The notes beneath the pieces were generated by a model. The model saw only the letters and a list, made by a program, of their open reading frames with translations. It made no database searches and was not told the DNA's origin. A program made the position numbers and the translations under genes. A stretch of 63,997 nucleotides of DNA, counting the filler, from Folioceros fuciformis (lineage: Eukaryota): NCBI GenBank assembly GCA_049999805.1. It is 8 parts of 8 records of this genome, joined end to end, with 100 filler letters (N's around TTAATTAATTAA, not from the genome) between each part and the next. Parts side by side here need not be neighbours in the genome. Positions count along the whole stretch, not along the records: positions 45,842 to 52,777 come from JBNGIO010006331.1; positions 52,878 to 58,163 come from JBNGIO010006335.1; positions 58,264 to 62,795 come from JBNGIO010006350.1; 5 more parts are not named here. One strand, written 5' to 3'. How positions within the stretch are numbered: the stretch's first letter is position 1; every line of letters begins with the position of its first letter. Positions 48,801 through 61,139 of this stretch are shown here, in pieces.

Positions 48801-51800
48801 CATTTTGATATTCAGTTCTACTTTAGAGGAGCATGTCCAACACTTGAGGAAAGTATTGGAAAGGTTAAGGGCAAATTCTTTGTTCTTAGCTATAACAAAG
48901 TGTGACTTTGTTAAGGAAGAGATAGACTTCCTTGGATTCATTGTCTCTACTGATGGAATAAGGATGGATCCTGATAAGGTAAAAGCCATACAGAGTTTCT
49001 TCTTCTCTTGAAGAAGGCGAAGACTTGGAAGTGGGATGAGGAATGTCAAAGCGCATTCGAGGTTCTCAAGTTGAAACTCAGCACTACCCCAGTATTAGCA
49101 ATCTATGATCCAAAGAAGATATAGAAGTGTATACTGATGCGTCAGATACTGCTATTGGAGGAGTGCTTATGCAAGAAGGCAGGCCAGTGGCTTACGAATC
49201 AAGAAAGTTGCATGAACATGAGAAGAAATACCCCACATATGAGAAGGAGATGACAGCCGTCATCAATTGTCTCAAGATTTGGAGACACTATCTTCTTGGA
49301 AGATCTTTTGTGCTGTACACAAATAATGTAAGTACAAGCTTCTTTTCTAATCAGCTACGATTAAATGGAAGACAAGCTAGATGGCAAGATTTCCTAGCAA
49401 TGTATGATGTGGAGATTAAGTACAAGCCAGGGAAGGAAAATCTCGTGGCAGATGCTCTCTATCGTAAGCAGGAGTTGAGTTTAATGTCTGTTTTTAAGCT
49501 GAAGAATCCTAAGCTAGCTACAACACAAATGGTGATTGAGCCAAGGGACACTCACACGTAGATTAAGGAGGCTTATCTGCGCGATCCACTAGTGCAAGAT
49601 TGGATCAATGATGTGGAGCAACCGGGGTCTAAGTTTAAGCTTAGAAATGGCTTGTTAATGTTCAAGCAAAACAGGATTGTGATTCCTGATTCTCAAGAGT
49701 TGAGAAAAAAGTTGCTTGCAGAATGTCACGATGTGCCAAGCGCTGGTCATCGGGGAATTGACACAACTTTTGAGAAGTTGAAGAAGCTGTTTTACTGGCC
49801 TGGATTGTACAAACATATTGTAGAGTATGTGAAGTCTTGTGTAGACTGTCAATAGGATAAGGTAGAACATACAAATCCACAAGGTTTGTTGCAACCCTTG
49901 CCTATTCCAAGTGGGCCTTGGAAGAGTATATCATTGGATTTTGTTATGCCATTGCCACCCAGTAATGGATACACAACTATCATGACAGTAGGTTCAGCAA
50001 GCAAGCACACTTTATCCCCACGAAGAAGCAAGTGAAGGCTTTAGAAGTTGCTCAATTGTTTAAGAAGCATGTCTATGTGTTACATGGATTGCCTATGCAA
50101 ATTGTGAGTGATAGAGATCCCAGATTCACAGCGGAAATTTGGCAACAGCTTATGAAGAGCTTGGGAGTGCAACTATGTTTAAGCACAACATATCACCCTC
50201 ATACAGATGGATCTACAGAAAGGGTACATAGAATCCAAGAGGAATACTTACGACACTATGTATAGATGGACCAGAGGAACTGGAGTAATCATCTTGAGGA
50301 TGCAGAGTTTTGTTATAACCATACTGTACATAGCTCTACAGGCTATACACCTTTTCAGATGATAGGTAACGAAGCAATGGACGCAGTTTCCATGTTGAAT
50401 GTAGCATGTTTGAGACAGCAGCAAGAGAACCACGTGAATTTATTGAGCAGTTANNNNNNNNNNTGTTTGAGACAGCAGCAAGAGAACCACGTGAATTTAT
50501 TGAGCAGTTAAGGGCCAGGCATGAAATTGCTAAGAGGATTTTGGCCAAAGCTCAAGACAGGCAAAAGAAGTTTGCTGATAGGCATAAGAAAGAGGCAGAA
50601 TTTCAAGTGGGTGATAAGGTTTGGGTGAAGTTGAAGCACTTCCCAGTACCTCAGGGATTGTCCCCAAAGTTAAGGCCTAAGTATGGAGATCCTTTTGTAG
50701 TTCTGAAGCGCATTGGCAATGTGGCTTACAAACTACAACTGCATAATTGCATCTTCTCTCATGATGTGTTTCATGTCTCTTTGCTGAAACCGTTTGTGAT
50801 TTCGAAAGAGAATGAAGACATGAATAGGAAAGACTATGTTATCCTGGTTCAATATAACCATAGTCTGCAGGAGATTGTTAAATTCCTAGCAGAAAGGGAA
50901 GTGCCTTCTGTCCGTGGTAATGTTCTAGAGTATCTAGTAAGGCTTCCTGATTTTGCAGATCTTGTTTGGGTTTCACTTTACGATGTGCAACAAGGATCAT
51001 TGATGATCTCACGTTATACTGCAGGTCATTGAGGACAATGACATCTTCCTAGTGGGAGAGAGAGTAATGACACAAGTGAAACAAGGTAAAAGTTAAAAGT
51101 AGAAAGGTGAAAGCTAAATCTAGAGCTGTCTTGATGAAGAAGCAAGTATGCTTCTTGCTGCCTTTGGAAACAAAATGTGTGTTCCAGGCAAAACCTCCTA
51201 AGAAGGATGGAGTTGTAATGACCACTAGTATTTTGAGATGAGTGGTGTGTATCAATTCCAGCTTTAGCAGAGGCTTAGCTGTGGAGTATAAATAGGCCAG
51301 TGTTAGGTTCTTAAGGATATATTGTGATACTGGGTTACACTGATACACAGAGAGACAGAGAGAGAGGTAGACAATGAGAAGTCTAGCCTTGAGGCATAGA
51401 TGTGGAGGGCTTGAGGAGCAAGCTGATCAGATTGAGTCTAGGGCAATAGCCAATGGGGCTTAGATCGCCAAACTCTTTTGTAAGTATCTTGAATAAAGAG
51501 CAACACGTAGAGGAGGTGGTCTACGAGTCATCAGTGGACGGTAGGCTACTTGGAGCCTAGTGCTGAGTCGTAAGAGAGGGAGTGAGTGATTTGTAAGTGG
51601 AGCGCTGCGGAGTGAATAGACGAGATTCGAGGCCGTTGCTTCCTTTTACGCTGCATAAGGAAGGGGGCGTTACTTAGTTGGTATCAGAGCATAGTCTATT
51701 CCTCCAAGATGGCTAAGCGCCATAAGATGCAGATACGAGAGGTTTCTCCTAATCCCCCATCTCAACAACTTGAAGAGAATCAAGGCAAGGAGATGCCGCC

Positions 51801-52777
51801 TACCGACTCAGCAGGACCATCCGGAGACAAATCTGAAGATTGGAAGACGCAAATGATGGTCGCTTTACGACAAATTCTTCCCAAAGTATTGCCTGAAGTT
51901 CTCCAAGATTTGACAGCATCTGGGAAAAAGGCAAGGAAGGATCCACAACCTCTAGCTCTACAAAATGAGGAAGCGGAAGACAATCAAGATCCTTTTCATA
52001 TCTTCGAAGTAGTTCCGAGGGCAAATTTGAAGTTGGCCGTGCTAGATAAGTATGAGGGAGTAAGGGATCTACAAGTTATTGATTCCTGGATTTACTCTAT
52101 TGAAAGCTATCTTGCCTCATCTGGCCTGGAGCCTAAGCATTACTTAGGAACTGTGGGCAACTTTCTCAAAGGGTATGCTTTGGTGTGGTGGCGAAGTTAT
52201 TGTGCTAATGTAACCCAGGGAAAATCGAGCACACACCATCACAGACTGGGCATCTTTTAAAGAGGCCTTGAAGAAGCAATTTCAACCTGCGAATGCTTTG
52301 CGCTTGAGCCGACAGCTGCTTGATAATATAATGCAAACAGGTACTGTACGGGAATATGTAAGTGCCTTCAGTGAAGCTGTTATGCATTGTACTTTAATGA
52401 GTGAAGTTGACAAACTACATCGCTTCATGGTTGGTTTGAAGGACTGGGCTGCTAACAGAATTGAGTTGTATAGTCCAATGACCTTGGCAGAGGCCATAAC
52501 AGCAGCAGATGCTATCCCAGATACCTTTCATTCCAACACATCCAACTCCTCACGAAGATTTCGAGGTAATACCCGTGGACGGTATATGCAAACTAGGGTT
52601 TCTTCCAACAATGTTGGTAGAGGGACTCCCAAGGATAATGAAAGAAGTACAGTTGCAAGAGGCAACTCCAGTGGGAGCTTCCGTGGGAGAAATCGAGGAG
52701 TGCGCAAGGGGCGCGGAGCTCAGAGAACAGTGACAATGGGTTCTCGAAAAGGAGTTTGTTTTGCTTGTGGAGAGCCG
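45842..52777 (+). mobile_element. Ty3/Gypsy chromovirus-like retrotransposon, degenerate, assembled as partial LTR-internal-LTR-partial internal (5316-bp period)
   Basis: PBS tggtatcagagc at ~46363 and 51679; gag (ALVWWR, CFACGEPRHYANEC); PR LLDLATTHNF; RT YLDDILIFS; RH YTDASD; INT GHRGID, IVSDRDPRF, DVFHVSLLKP; chromodomain-like EYLVR; PPT agtgggagag; LTR 51063-51674; 45842-47461 equals 51158-52777. Confidence 0.95.
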
Positions 52778-53090
52778 NNNNNNNNNNNNNNNNNNNNNNN
52801 NNNNNNNNNNNNNNNNNNNNNTTAATTAATTAANNNNNNNNNNNNNNNNNNNNNNNNNNNNNNNNNNNNNNNNNNNNCGTGACACCTGCACCAACGGTCA
52901 TGCACCCTTACGGTTAGGGTACATCGTTTCATACTTACAAGTTTTTTTTAATGGGCTACTTACCTGTTTTTTTAGTTTGCCGTATAACGTTCGGCATGAC
53001 GTTTCGTGCACCCCTCAAGTAGTCCTTTTTCCGCATGCTCGTTTCAGATTGTTGTTGCCTCAGTCTCAGAATCCTGCAGGCTAGACATAA

Positions 53091-56000
53091 ATGGATACTA
53101 GTCCACCTCCTCCACCACTTCCTCCTGGCGCATACAATCCTATCTTTACGTCTGATCTAAAAGAGAAAGATAGATTCACAGGTCAGAGGTATGAAGTGTG
53201 GAAAGTACGCATGAAATCGACATTGCTAGCTAGAGGAGTTTGGGGCATTGTAGATGGCTCAATACCTGAGCCTGACCCAAACAAAACAAAAGGAGAACAA
53301 GACAAATGGGCACATGCAAACAGCATTTCCATTGCCCTCCTTGTTGGTGGTCTGTCTGAGGATCTCATCCCTCAAATTGAGTTCCTGACAAAAGCCAGTG
53401 AGATCTGGAAGCAGTTGGAGAACCAATACCAGGTCAACAATGTCCTTACACTCTGTACCCTCAGAATAGAATTCTATGGACTAAGAATGCGGGAAGGAGA
53501 CAAGGTGCTTGCTCACACCAGCAAGTTCAGACATCTCCGAGCACAACTTACCTCCATGGGTACTGTAATGGACGAAGTTGATGCTGTAGCCCAACTATTA
53601 GCCAGTCTCCCACCTAGCTATCAATCTTTTGAATCCGCCAACAATGTTCCCATCAGACAAGCAAAGGCTGCTGGTGCTGCTGGGAAATCCTCCTCACTCA
53701 CCTTAGATGAGGTCATTGGTGCACTCTTCCAGGAAGAGCAGAGTAGACACCTGTCAGGGTCTGGACGTTCCAAAGCTGACAGGGTGCTCACTGCTTTCCG
53801 TGGTCGAGGTGGTCAAAGAGGAAAACAGCGGATGCAACAGCCTTTTCAAGGCAGTCGATTTGACGGTCCCCGACATGATGCAGGTTCAACCTCCACAGCC
53901 AAGAAAACAGGAAACTGTAATTGGTGTGGTCACCCTGGTCACTGGGCACGGGACTGTAGAAAGAAGAAAGCTGGCGAGCCACAGAAGGCCTCCCGTTCTG
54001 CTGCAAGTGCCACCATGAAAGAAAAACCTGGTGACACCACAAAGCCAGTGGTTAAAATCCTAACAGTTTGCCTTTCTTCCCTTATAGGTGATAAGGCAGC
54101 ATGGTACTTGGATTCTGGGGCCACAGCACATATATGTAGAGATGAGTCTCTCTTTGAGTCTCTCACCCACTCTTCTAATATAGATAGAGTTTATTTGGGT
54201 GATGAGCAGAATACCACTAGCCTGCAGATACAAGGACAGGGGTCCTGCACATTCAGGCTACATGATGGTTCCCTGCTCACCTTGACAGATGTTCTCTATG
54301 TCCCTAAAATGGCAAAGAACCTCTTGTCCTTAAGCAAACTCCTACAACTCAGACGTTTCAAGCTTACGGCTCATGACGACTTTTGCTGTTTCTCCAGAGT
54401 GACCTCACCTTCGATATGTGTTTTCAAGGCCTTACCAGAACATGATTTGTATCGTCTGGATTTCACCTGCTTGCCATACAGCAGAAACACGGCTTATGCA
54501 ACAAGTGTCGGAAACCTTACGGCACAACAGCAGTCTATTTTATGGCATGCCCGGCTTGGCCATCTTAATCGCAAGACCCTGGCATCCATACATAAAAACG
54601 ACTGTTACAGAGAGCCGTTGCCTACCTGCCTCAAGGAGCTTCCATTATGTGAGACATGTGCTCTCGCAAAGCAGAAGGAGTTGCCGTTCCCTGCTGGCCC
54701 CGCACATAGGTCCACGCAATCCCTTGAACTTGTCCATGGTGATATTTCTGGCCGCCTTCAGGTTTCTTCACTTGGGGGGGCAGACTATTATTTCACCATC
54801 ACTAATGACTATACCAGACTCACATGGACATTCCCCATGAAAAGGAAAAATGAGACCTTCCCCATCTTCCAAGACTGGTTGGTTACAGTTCAGCGCCAGA
54901 CCGGGTGCTTGTTAAAAATCTTTCGATCTGACAATGGCACCGAGTTCGTGAATCAGTCGTTCACAAACCTATTTTCAGAACACGGCATCATTCATCAATT
55001 AATAGTGCCGTATACCCAGCAACAGAATGGCGTTGCAGAACGTAAAAACCAGACTTTAATGGGAATGACAAGAGCAATGTTACTGTGGTCAGGTTTACCA
55101 TCACCTTATTGGGAAGAAGCTGTCGTGACAGCTACTTACATTCTGAACAGACTACCCACAAGTTCTCTTGCTGCCAAGACACCATATGAACTCTTCTGGA
55201 AGAGGAAACCAAGTCTTCTCCATCTCAGGGTTTTTGGCTCTAAGGCCTACGCATATATCCCTGCAGAGAAGAGACGCAAGTTAGATGACAGGTCAAGAAG
55301 GCTCATCTTTGTGGGTTACAGCGAAACTGTGAAGGCTTACAAGTTGATAGACCCCACAACTCTGCAACCTACTCTTGCGAGAAGCGTCACTTTTATGGAA
55401 TCCTTACAGTCTGCCTCACTTACTGCAGAGTCTGTTGAGCAACATGTAGTTCCAGAGGACGTGACCAGCAATGAGGCACCCACAGGCTTACATTCCTTGT
55501 ATCCCATGGATGTGGATGGCACAGTCCCTGCTGTGACAGTTGGTGATGCACAGGCAGATGCTGTTCCTCCCATTGCCGATCTGGATGTCAATCCAAATGG
55601 AACTCCAGCAGTTGCTGATGATGCTGCTAGTGATCACTTAGAAGAGCGTCCAGCACTTACAGCAGACGATGAGTTAGTCCTAGACCCAGATCCAATGGGT
55701 TATCATGCTGCAGGCATGGATCAAGGTAATTTAGAGGAAGATGAATATCCTTTTATCCCGGAAGATGACTTACTTGCAGATGATGACTATCTTATGCCTG
55801 CCGCTATTGAACCAACTTCACCTGTAGCTTTGGCACCTCCAGAAGATGATGGACCACGTAGGTCAACCCGCTACAGGCCTCCACCTTTGGAATGGAATGA
55901 ACCACGTTATCAGTCTGTTGACTTTCGCCACTTTGCAGGAGCTGTAACTTCTCCTCCACCTGTCCCACCAGAACCTGCTAACCTCACTAAAGCTTTCACA

Positions 56001-57560
56001 AGTCCTGACAAGGACAAATGGAAATTCGCCGTGGATGATGAGTACAACAGCCTAATGAAAAATGGGACATGGAAGTTAGTCCCCAGACCAGCTAACAGGA
56101 AGGCCATTATGTGTAAATGGGTCTTCAAGCATAAATTAAATGCAGATGGGAAGATAGCCAGATATAAAGCACCACTTTGTGCTCGAGGATTCACGCAAGT
56201 TGCAGGTCTCGACTATCAGGAGACATTCTCTCCTGTTGTTCGTGCCCAATCTCTTCGGTTACTCTTTGCCTTAGCAGCTGAATACGACCTTGAACTGTAG
56301 CAGATGGATGTATGCACTGCTTTTCTCCATGGCATTCTGGAAGAAGAACTGTATATGGAGGAGCCCGAAGGCTATGTTGATCCTGCACATCCGGAGCATG
56401 TGTGCCTGTTAATAAGATGCCTTTATGGCTTGAAGCAAAGTGCAGAGCGCTGGTACAAGCGCTATGACAAGGCACTAAAAGGACTTGGCTTTTGTCAGTG
56501 TGCAGCAGACTCAAATGTTTATGTGTTACAAAGAGGGGCAACTTACGTGATTCTTGCTCTCTACGTAGACGACGTCATTCTCGCTGCAAATGATACTGTC
56601 CTGCTGGCACAAGTGAAAGGCATGTTACAACAAACTTTTGAAATGACCGACAGTGGGGATCTTCTATTCTGCCTTGGCATACAAGTGTTGAGGGTCCGTT
56701 CAGAGGGACTATTGATAATCCATCAACACAAGTATATAGCAGAAATTCTACACAAGTTTAACATGGGCCAAGCACATTCAGCTACCACACCATGTGCTGT
56801 GGGTGCTAAGCTAACAAGGTATGAATGTGCTACGACTGAAGCTGATCAACAGGACATGCGTGATATTCCATATCGTCATGCTGTTGGAAGCTTAATCTTT
56901 GTTAGTAACTGGACAAGACCTGATATCCAGCACTCTGTAAGCACTGTTTCACAATTCTTAGAACACCCAGGCCGTGCCCACTGGACGGCAGTGAAAAGAA
57001 TATTTCGATACTTGAAAGGGACTCATCATATAGGCCTTTGCTATAGGAGCAGTGGTACTAGACACTTATCTCTTCAAGGATTCACCGACGCAGACTGGGC
57101 TTCAGACAGCGACTCCCAAAAAAGCCTCTCTACATACGCTTTCCTCCTGTCCCAAGCAGCTGTCAACTGGAGCTGCAAGAAGTAGACCAGTATAGCCCTC
57201 TCCAGCACTGAGGCCGAGTATAAGTCTCTTACGGATGCTACGAAAGAAGTGGAATGGGAGCGTACGTTTTTAAAGGATATCGGAGAGACACAGGATGGTC
57301 CCACTAACCTCTTTTGTGACAACCAGTCCGCGATCGCTTTGGTAGCTAACCCCCGCTTCCATGCCCGTACAAAACATATTGAGATCCATCATCACTATGT
57401 TAGGGATGCTGTAGAGAGGGGAATTGTCAAGATCCTCTATGTGCCAACAGATGCTAATACAGCCGACATCCTAACAAAGGCCCTGCCCAAAGACAAGCAT
57501 CAGAAACATATGGAAGGCCTTGGCCTGTTTAACTACAGCCAGTACTTCAAAGCAAAGTGA
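53091..57560 (+). mobile_element. Near-intact Ty1/Copia gag-pol, same family as the 35008-40446 element; LTRs outside the contig
   Basis: CNWCGHPGHWARDC, WYLDSGAT, LWHARLGH, FRSDNGTEF, LYVDDVIL, FTDADWA, NPRFHARTKHIEIHHH; only two in-frame TAG stops (56298, 57183). Confidence 0.95.
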
Positions 57561-58263
57561 GGGAGACTTACGGGTGAGGACCACGTCCTCGGATGTTGTT
57601 GTTAATCCTGTTTGTTCTCCAGTCTCTACCGACACCTGGAGTCAGGGGACAGGGAGGGTTAGACAGTAACACCAAATTCCGGCAGCAGGTGGATGAAGCT
57701 CCACGATTTCTAACTGACCTGGATGTTGGAATATCACCGCTCTCTCTCCCGCCTTTCTTTGAGCAGCTGAAGCAGCTTCTCTGCTTCGTGAAGTGGCTTG
57801 AGCAAGCTGGAGTTCTCTCCTACATCTGCTGGCAAACCGCCTTCCCCTTCCATTTTCACTGGCCTGCTCCAGCACAGCTTCACATCAAGTGCAATCCTCC
57901 AACCACCAAGTGTCACACTCGAGCCCAGGACATGGCGTTCATCCCACTCGTCAGCCTTCGGAGGCATAGGGCGCGGCGGATGTTTCTTCTGCCTCCCTCC
58001 CTCCTTCTTGCTCTGCTCATGCACGGGGCTTGCGGCCTCTTTCCTTCCCGCTTCACGCCCGGGAGCCATGGTGATCAGCAGACTGAGAATATGCACGCAA
58101 GTGTACACGACTGTGATGAAGGCAGCGTAAGCTGTCGCGATATTCATAGCCATCCTGCCAGCTNNNNNNNNNNNNNNNNNNNNNNNNNNNNNNNNNNNNN
58201 NNNNNNNTTAATTAATTAANNNNNNNNNNNNNNNNNNNNNNNNNNNNNNNNNNNNNNNNNNNN

Positions 58264-59762
58264 GATACTGTGAGGCCTGTGGGAAGTAGCAATCGACTCA
58301 GCCAAGAGAGTGCTGGTGCTGTGCACACAAGCAATCCAGAATTTGTCAATTAAGAGAAGAGAGGCAGGATTGTGCATACATCCCCTGCAATTGTGACAAT
58401 GTTCGAGTTGAACTTGTGCAGCATCTCAATAGCCAGAATCACATACAGCAATGCATCTCTGTCCACGTATTGATTGCAGTAGCTGCACAACCAGAGAAAT
58501 GTGAGAAAGAGCGAGGAAGCAGTCTATGTAATTCGACCAACATGGAGCTCCTGCGAGCAATTTCCTGAATGACAGCAGCCTTACTCATTCAAGCCATTTG
58601 TGAACTCTGCAAATCCATTGTGGGTGTAAAACATGGACTGCAGCAAATGGAAGTGGAAACCATCTATTTGATACTCTTCCACCCACCTGCCATGAGAAAG
58701 AAACGTGTGACTTCCAAGCTACCTTGCTCTAGATGCGAACTGCCTGAGAGCAAATTCAAACACAGCATTCAGAAAGATCAGTCACACTCGAGATCATCGA
58801 GGCAGACTAAATCCAATAACCACTTCAACTTTGATAAGGGGTAGCAAAGCACTTCGTATTCACCATAATTGCATATGCGGGTGCCTGTATGTTTGTGACG
58901 CCCTCGCCGTCCTGCAATGCAAGGGTGAACTCAGCTGCTACAGTGAACGGGATGGTGAACAGACTAAAAAACAATCTCAGCATTCTGCACCACTCCTTGC
59001 AAGGCAGAGCACACTAACCATCATGGAAGTAACAATCATTAGCACCATCGAATGAAGAAAGGCCAACCATCTCATCTGCAGCCGCATGTGAGTGGACTAT
59101 GTCCACGATGAAAAACAGGCCCATTCCTGTTTCATCATGAACTCAAAACATGAGAAACGAAACGCTGACTTGATGTAAACTGGGCTTCAGTAGCAGGCTT
59201 GCAAGGAATGCCTAACGAACCATGGGCACTGTCAACCAGATGTTTGAAATCTTCTGGGGTTCCAAAGCGACTACCTACCGCAAGCATATTCGTAACCTGC
59301 CCAGTTGGCAAATTCTGCACATTAAATGGGCGCAAAATAATCTCAACGAACCTTCAAACATGAGGCACATGAAGAGCACAACAGGGTTGTACCTTATAGC
59401 CAGCACTTGCATAGTCTACATGCTCCTGAATACCCATGAGCTGGACAGCGTTGTACCTAGACTTCTTGACATGAGGAAGAGCCCTATTTGTCATAAAACA
59501 TGGTTTCTCAGACTGCAAACTACATACTACAGACATTCTGAGCAGGGCACAAAACAAAGGCAACGAACCACCAGACTCAATCCATACTTGCCTTCGCAGT
59601 AAACTGTTGGAACGTTGTTACACCAAGTTCTTCTCCACTTATTCCGACATGACATTCATAAATTCGTAATGGCTGTGGTCTCTTGGGACTCTTGTGCTGC
59701 CATTGGTGCCGCTGTTGAGGTGGATTCCACGTACAGGCGCTAAATGTATTACTCCCAACATC
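58264..59762 (-). pseudogene. Starch branching enzyme 3 (BE1/SBE3-type, GH13) gene fragment with introns, degenerate
   Basis: Exons TWNPP...PKRPQPLRIYECHVGISGEELGVTTFQQFTAK, ALPHVKKSRYNAVQLMGIQEHVDYASAGYK, VTNMLAVGSRFGTPEDFKHLVDSAHG, then reverse complements of the exons listed for 61140-62470. Confidence 0.85.
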
Positions 59763-60186
59763 TGAATAGATTGGTTAAGATCAACTTAGCATCATCGTCC
59801 ATCCTGCAGAACACATTCACATCCTTTGTCTCCGCAGGTTCAACCTGCCGGATATACAGGTCATTACATCTGCTGCTACGGGCATTAGAAGAATTTTCCT
59901 TACAGCACACACCAATGCCATCAACATTAGAAGAAACCATCAGTCACAGAGTACAGGGTGTGGTTGATATGCTCACGTGGTTGCAGCGCATTCGCTCAAC
60001 GTCGAGAAAGCTGTTGAGAAGGCTACCATGGCCAAAACGAGTATGCACCGCTTGCCGAAGCGGGAAACAAATGTAGGAGAACAAATACAGCAGACATTCT
60101 CTTTGTCCATAGTTCACAAGTTGTGAACATTCTTTGTCCATAGTTCACAGTTCACATCCTAATAGTAAAAACGGTTGCATTGAAAT

Positions 60187-61074
60187 TTATGAGTCATCCG
60201 GATCTATCACTAAGTGATAGCCTAGAGAGTCAGCTATGCAAACTATTGCCGAAGCTTGAGCAAATGTTAGTGGAAACCTGGATATCTTCCATGTTCCATT
60301 CTGCCTTTCAAGTAGCGAAAGGACACGAAATTTATCGTCGTGAACATGGGCAGAAAGAATTTTGTACATATCCACCATGGCTCTAACTTGATCATCAATG
60401 GATTGCCAACCTCCAGAGATCTTGATACACTGAAACAACTTCACATCTGAGGATAGAAAATACCGCCACCAATCAGCTCTGGTTCTTCTATCCTTGGTGT
60501 CTCCATACTTCGCCTTCAAGCGTTCTTCAAAGAACTCGAAAAGGCCTCTCAAGTTGTTGGTGCTTCTTGCCGTTAAGAGATCGAATTCGAGATCCTGAAT
60601 TCTTCCTTGACAGAAAGAAATAGCCAGGTCCTTAGCTTCTTCGGCCCGCTGCCCGGCTTCTATGGCCCGCTGCCCGGCTTCTATGGCCTGCTGCAAGGCT
60701 TGCTCCTTAGCCCTCGAAGCTTCTATGGCCTGCTCAAAGGCTTGCTCCCTAGCCTGCTGCACGGCTTGCTCCCTAGCCCTCGAAGCTTCTATGGCTTGCT
60801 GCAAGGCTTGCTCCCTAGCCTGCTGCAAGGCTTGCTCCCTAGCCCTCGAGACCTGGATGGTTTCTTCATGCAGCATCTTGACTGAATCAATGACCATCTG
60901 TTGCCTCTCGGGGTCCTTGTATGTTCTCAACAGGGTCAACAAAGGGTCCATACAGGAAGCTCTAACACTGAAAGCCTTGACATGCCTATCCCGAGCATAA
61001 TCTCTTCTTGGCATACTCAAGCCCATGAGTGATCCAGAAGCAGAGCCGCTAATCGGCACCAGCAAAGCCGCCAT
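60187..61074 (-). CDS. Uncharacterised intronless 295-aa protein: transit-peptide-like N-terminus, AREQALQQ coiled-coil repeats, conserved C-terminal YxxLSxHVH domain
   Basis: Uninterrupted ORF from ATG 61074 (MAALLVPISGSASGSL...FSVRAS); its C-terminal ~130 aa aligns with the pseudogene at 33414-33830. Confidence 0.8.
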   Translation of the reverse strand: MAALLVPISGSASGSLMGLSMPRRDYARDRHVKAFSVRASCMDPLLTLLRTYKDPERQQMVIDSVKMLHEETIQVSRAREQALQQAREQALQQAIEASRAREQAVQQAREQAFEQAIEASRAKEQALQQAIEAGQRAIEAGQRAEEAKDLAISFCQGRIQDLEFDLLTARSTNNLRGLFEFFEERLKAKYGDTKDRRTRADWWRYFLSSDVKLFQCIKISGGWQSIDDQVRAMVDMYKILSAHVHDDKFRVLSLLERQNGTWKISRFPLTFAQASAIVCIADSLGYHLVIDPDDS

Positions 61075-61139
61075 AGATAGAGACGCCCGCAAACCTTAAC
61101 CGGCAAAGGCTTTCCGATTCTCCCACTACCTCTCACCCC

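Noticed and set aside
57593-58163. Sense-strand env-like ORF after the Copia pol
   Set aside because: No similarity to the corresponding sense ORF (35620-35964) of the related element, and it is truncated by the contig end.
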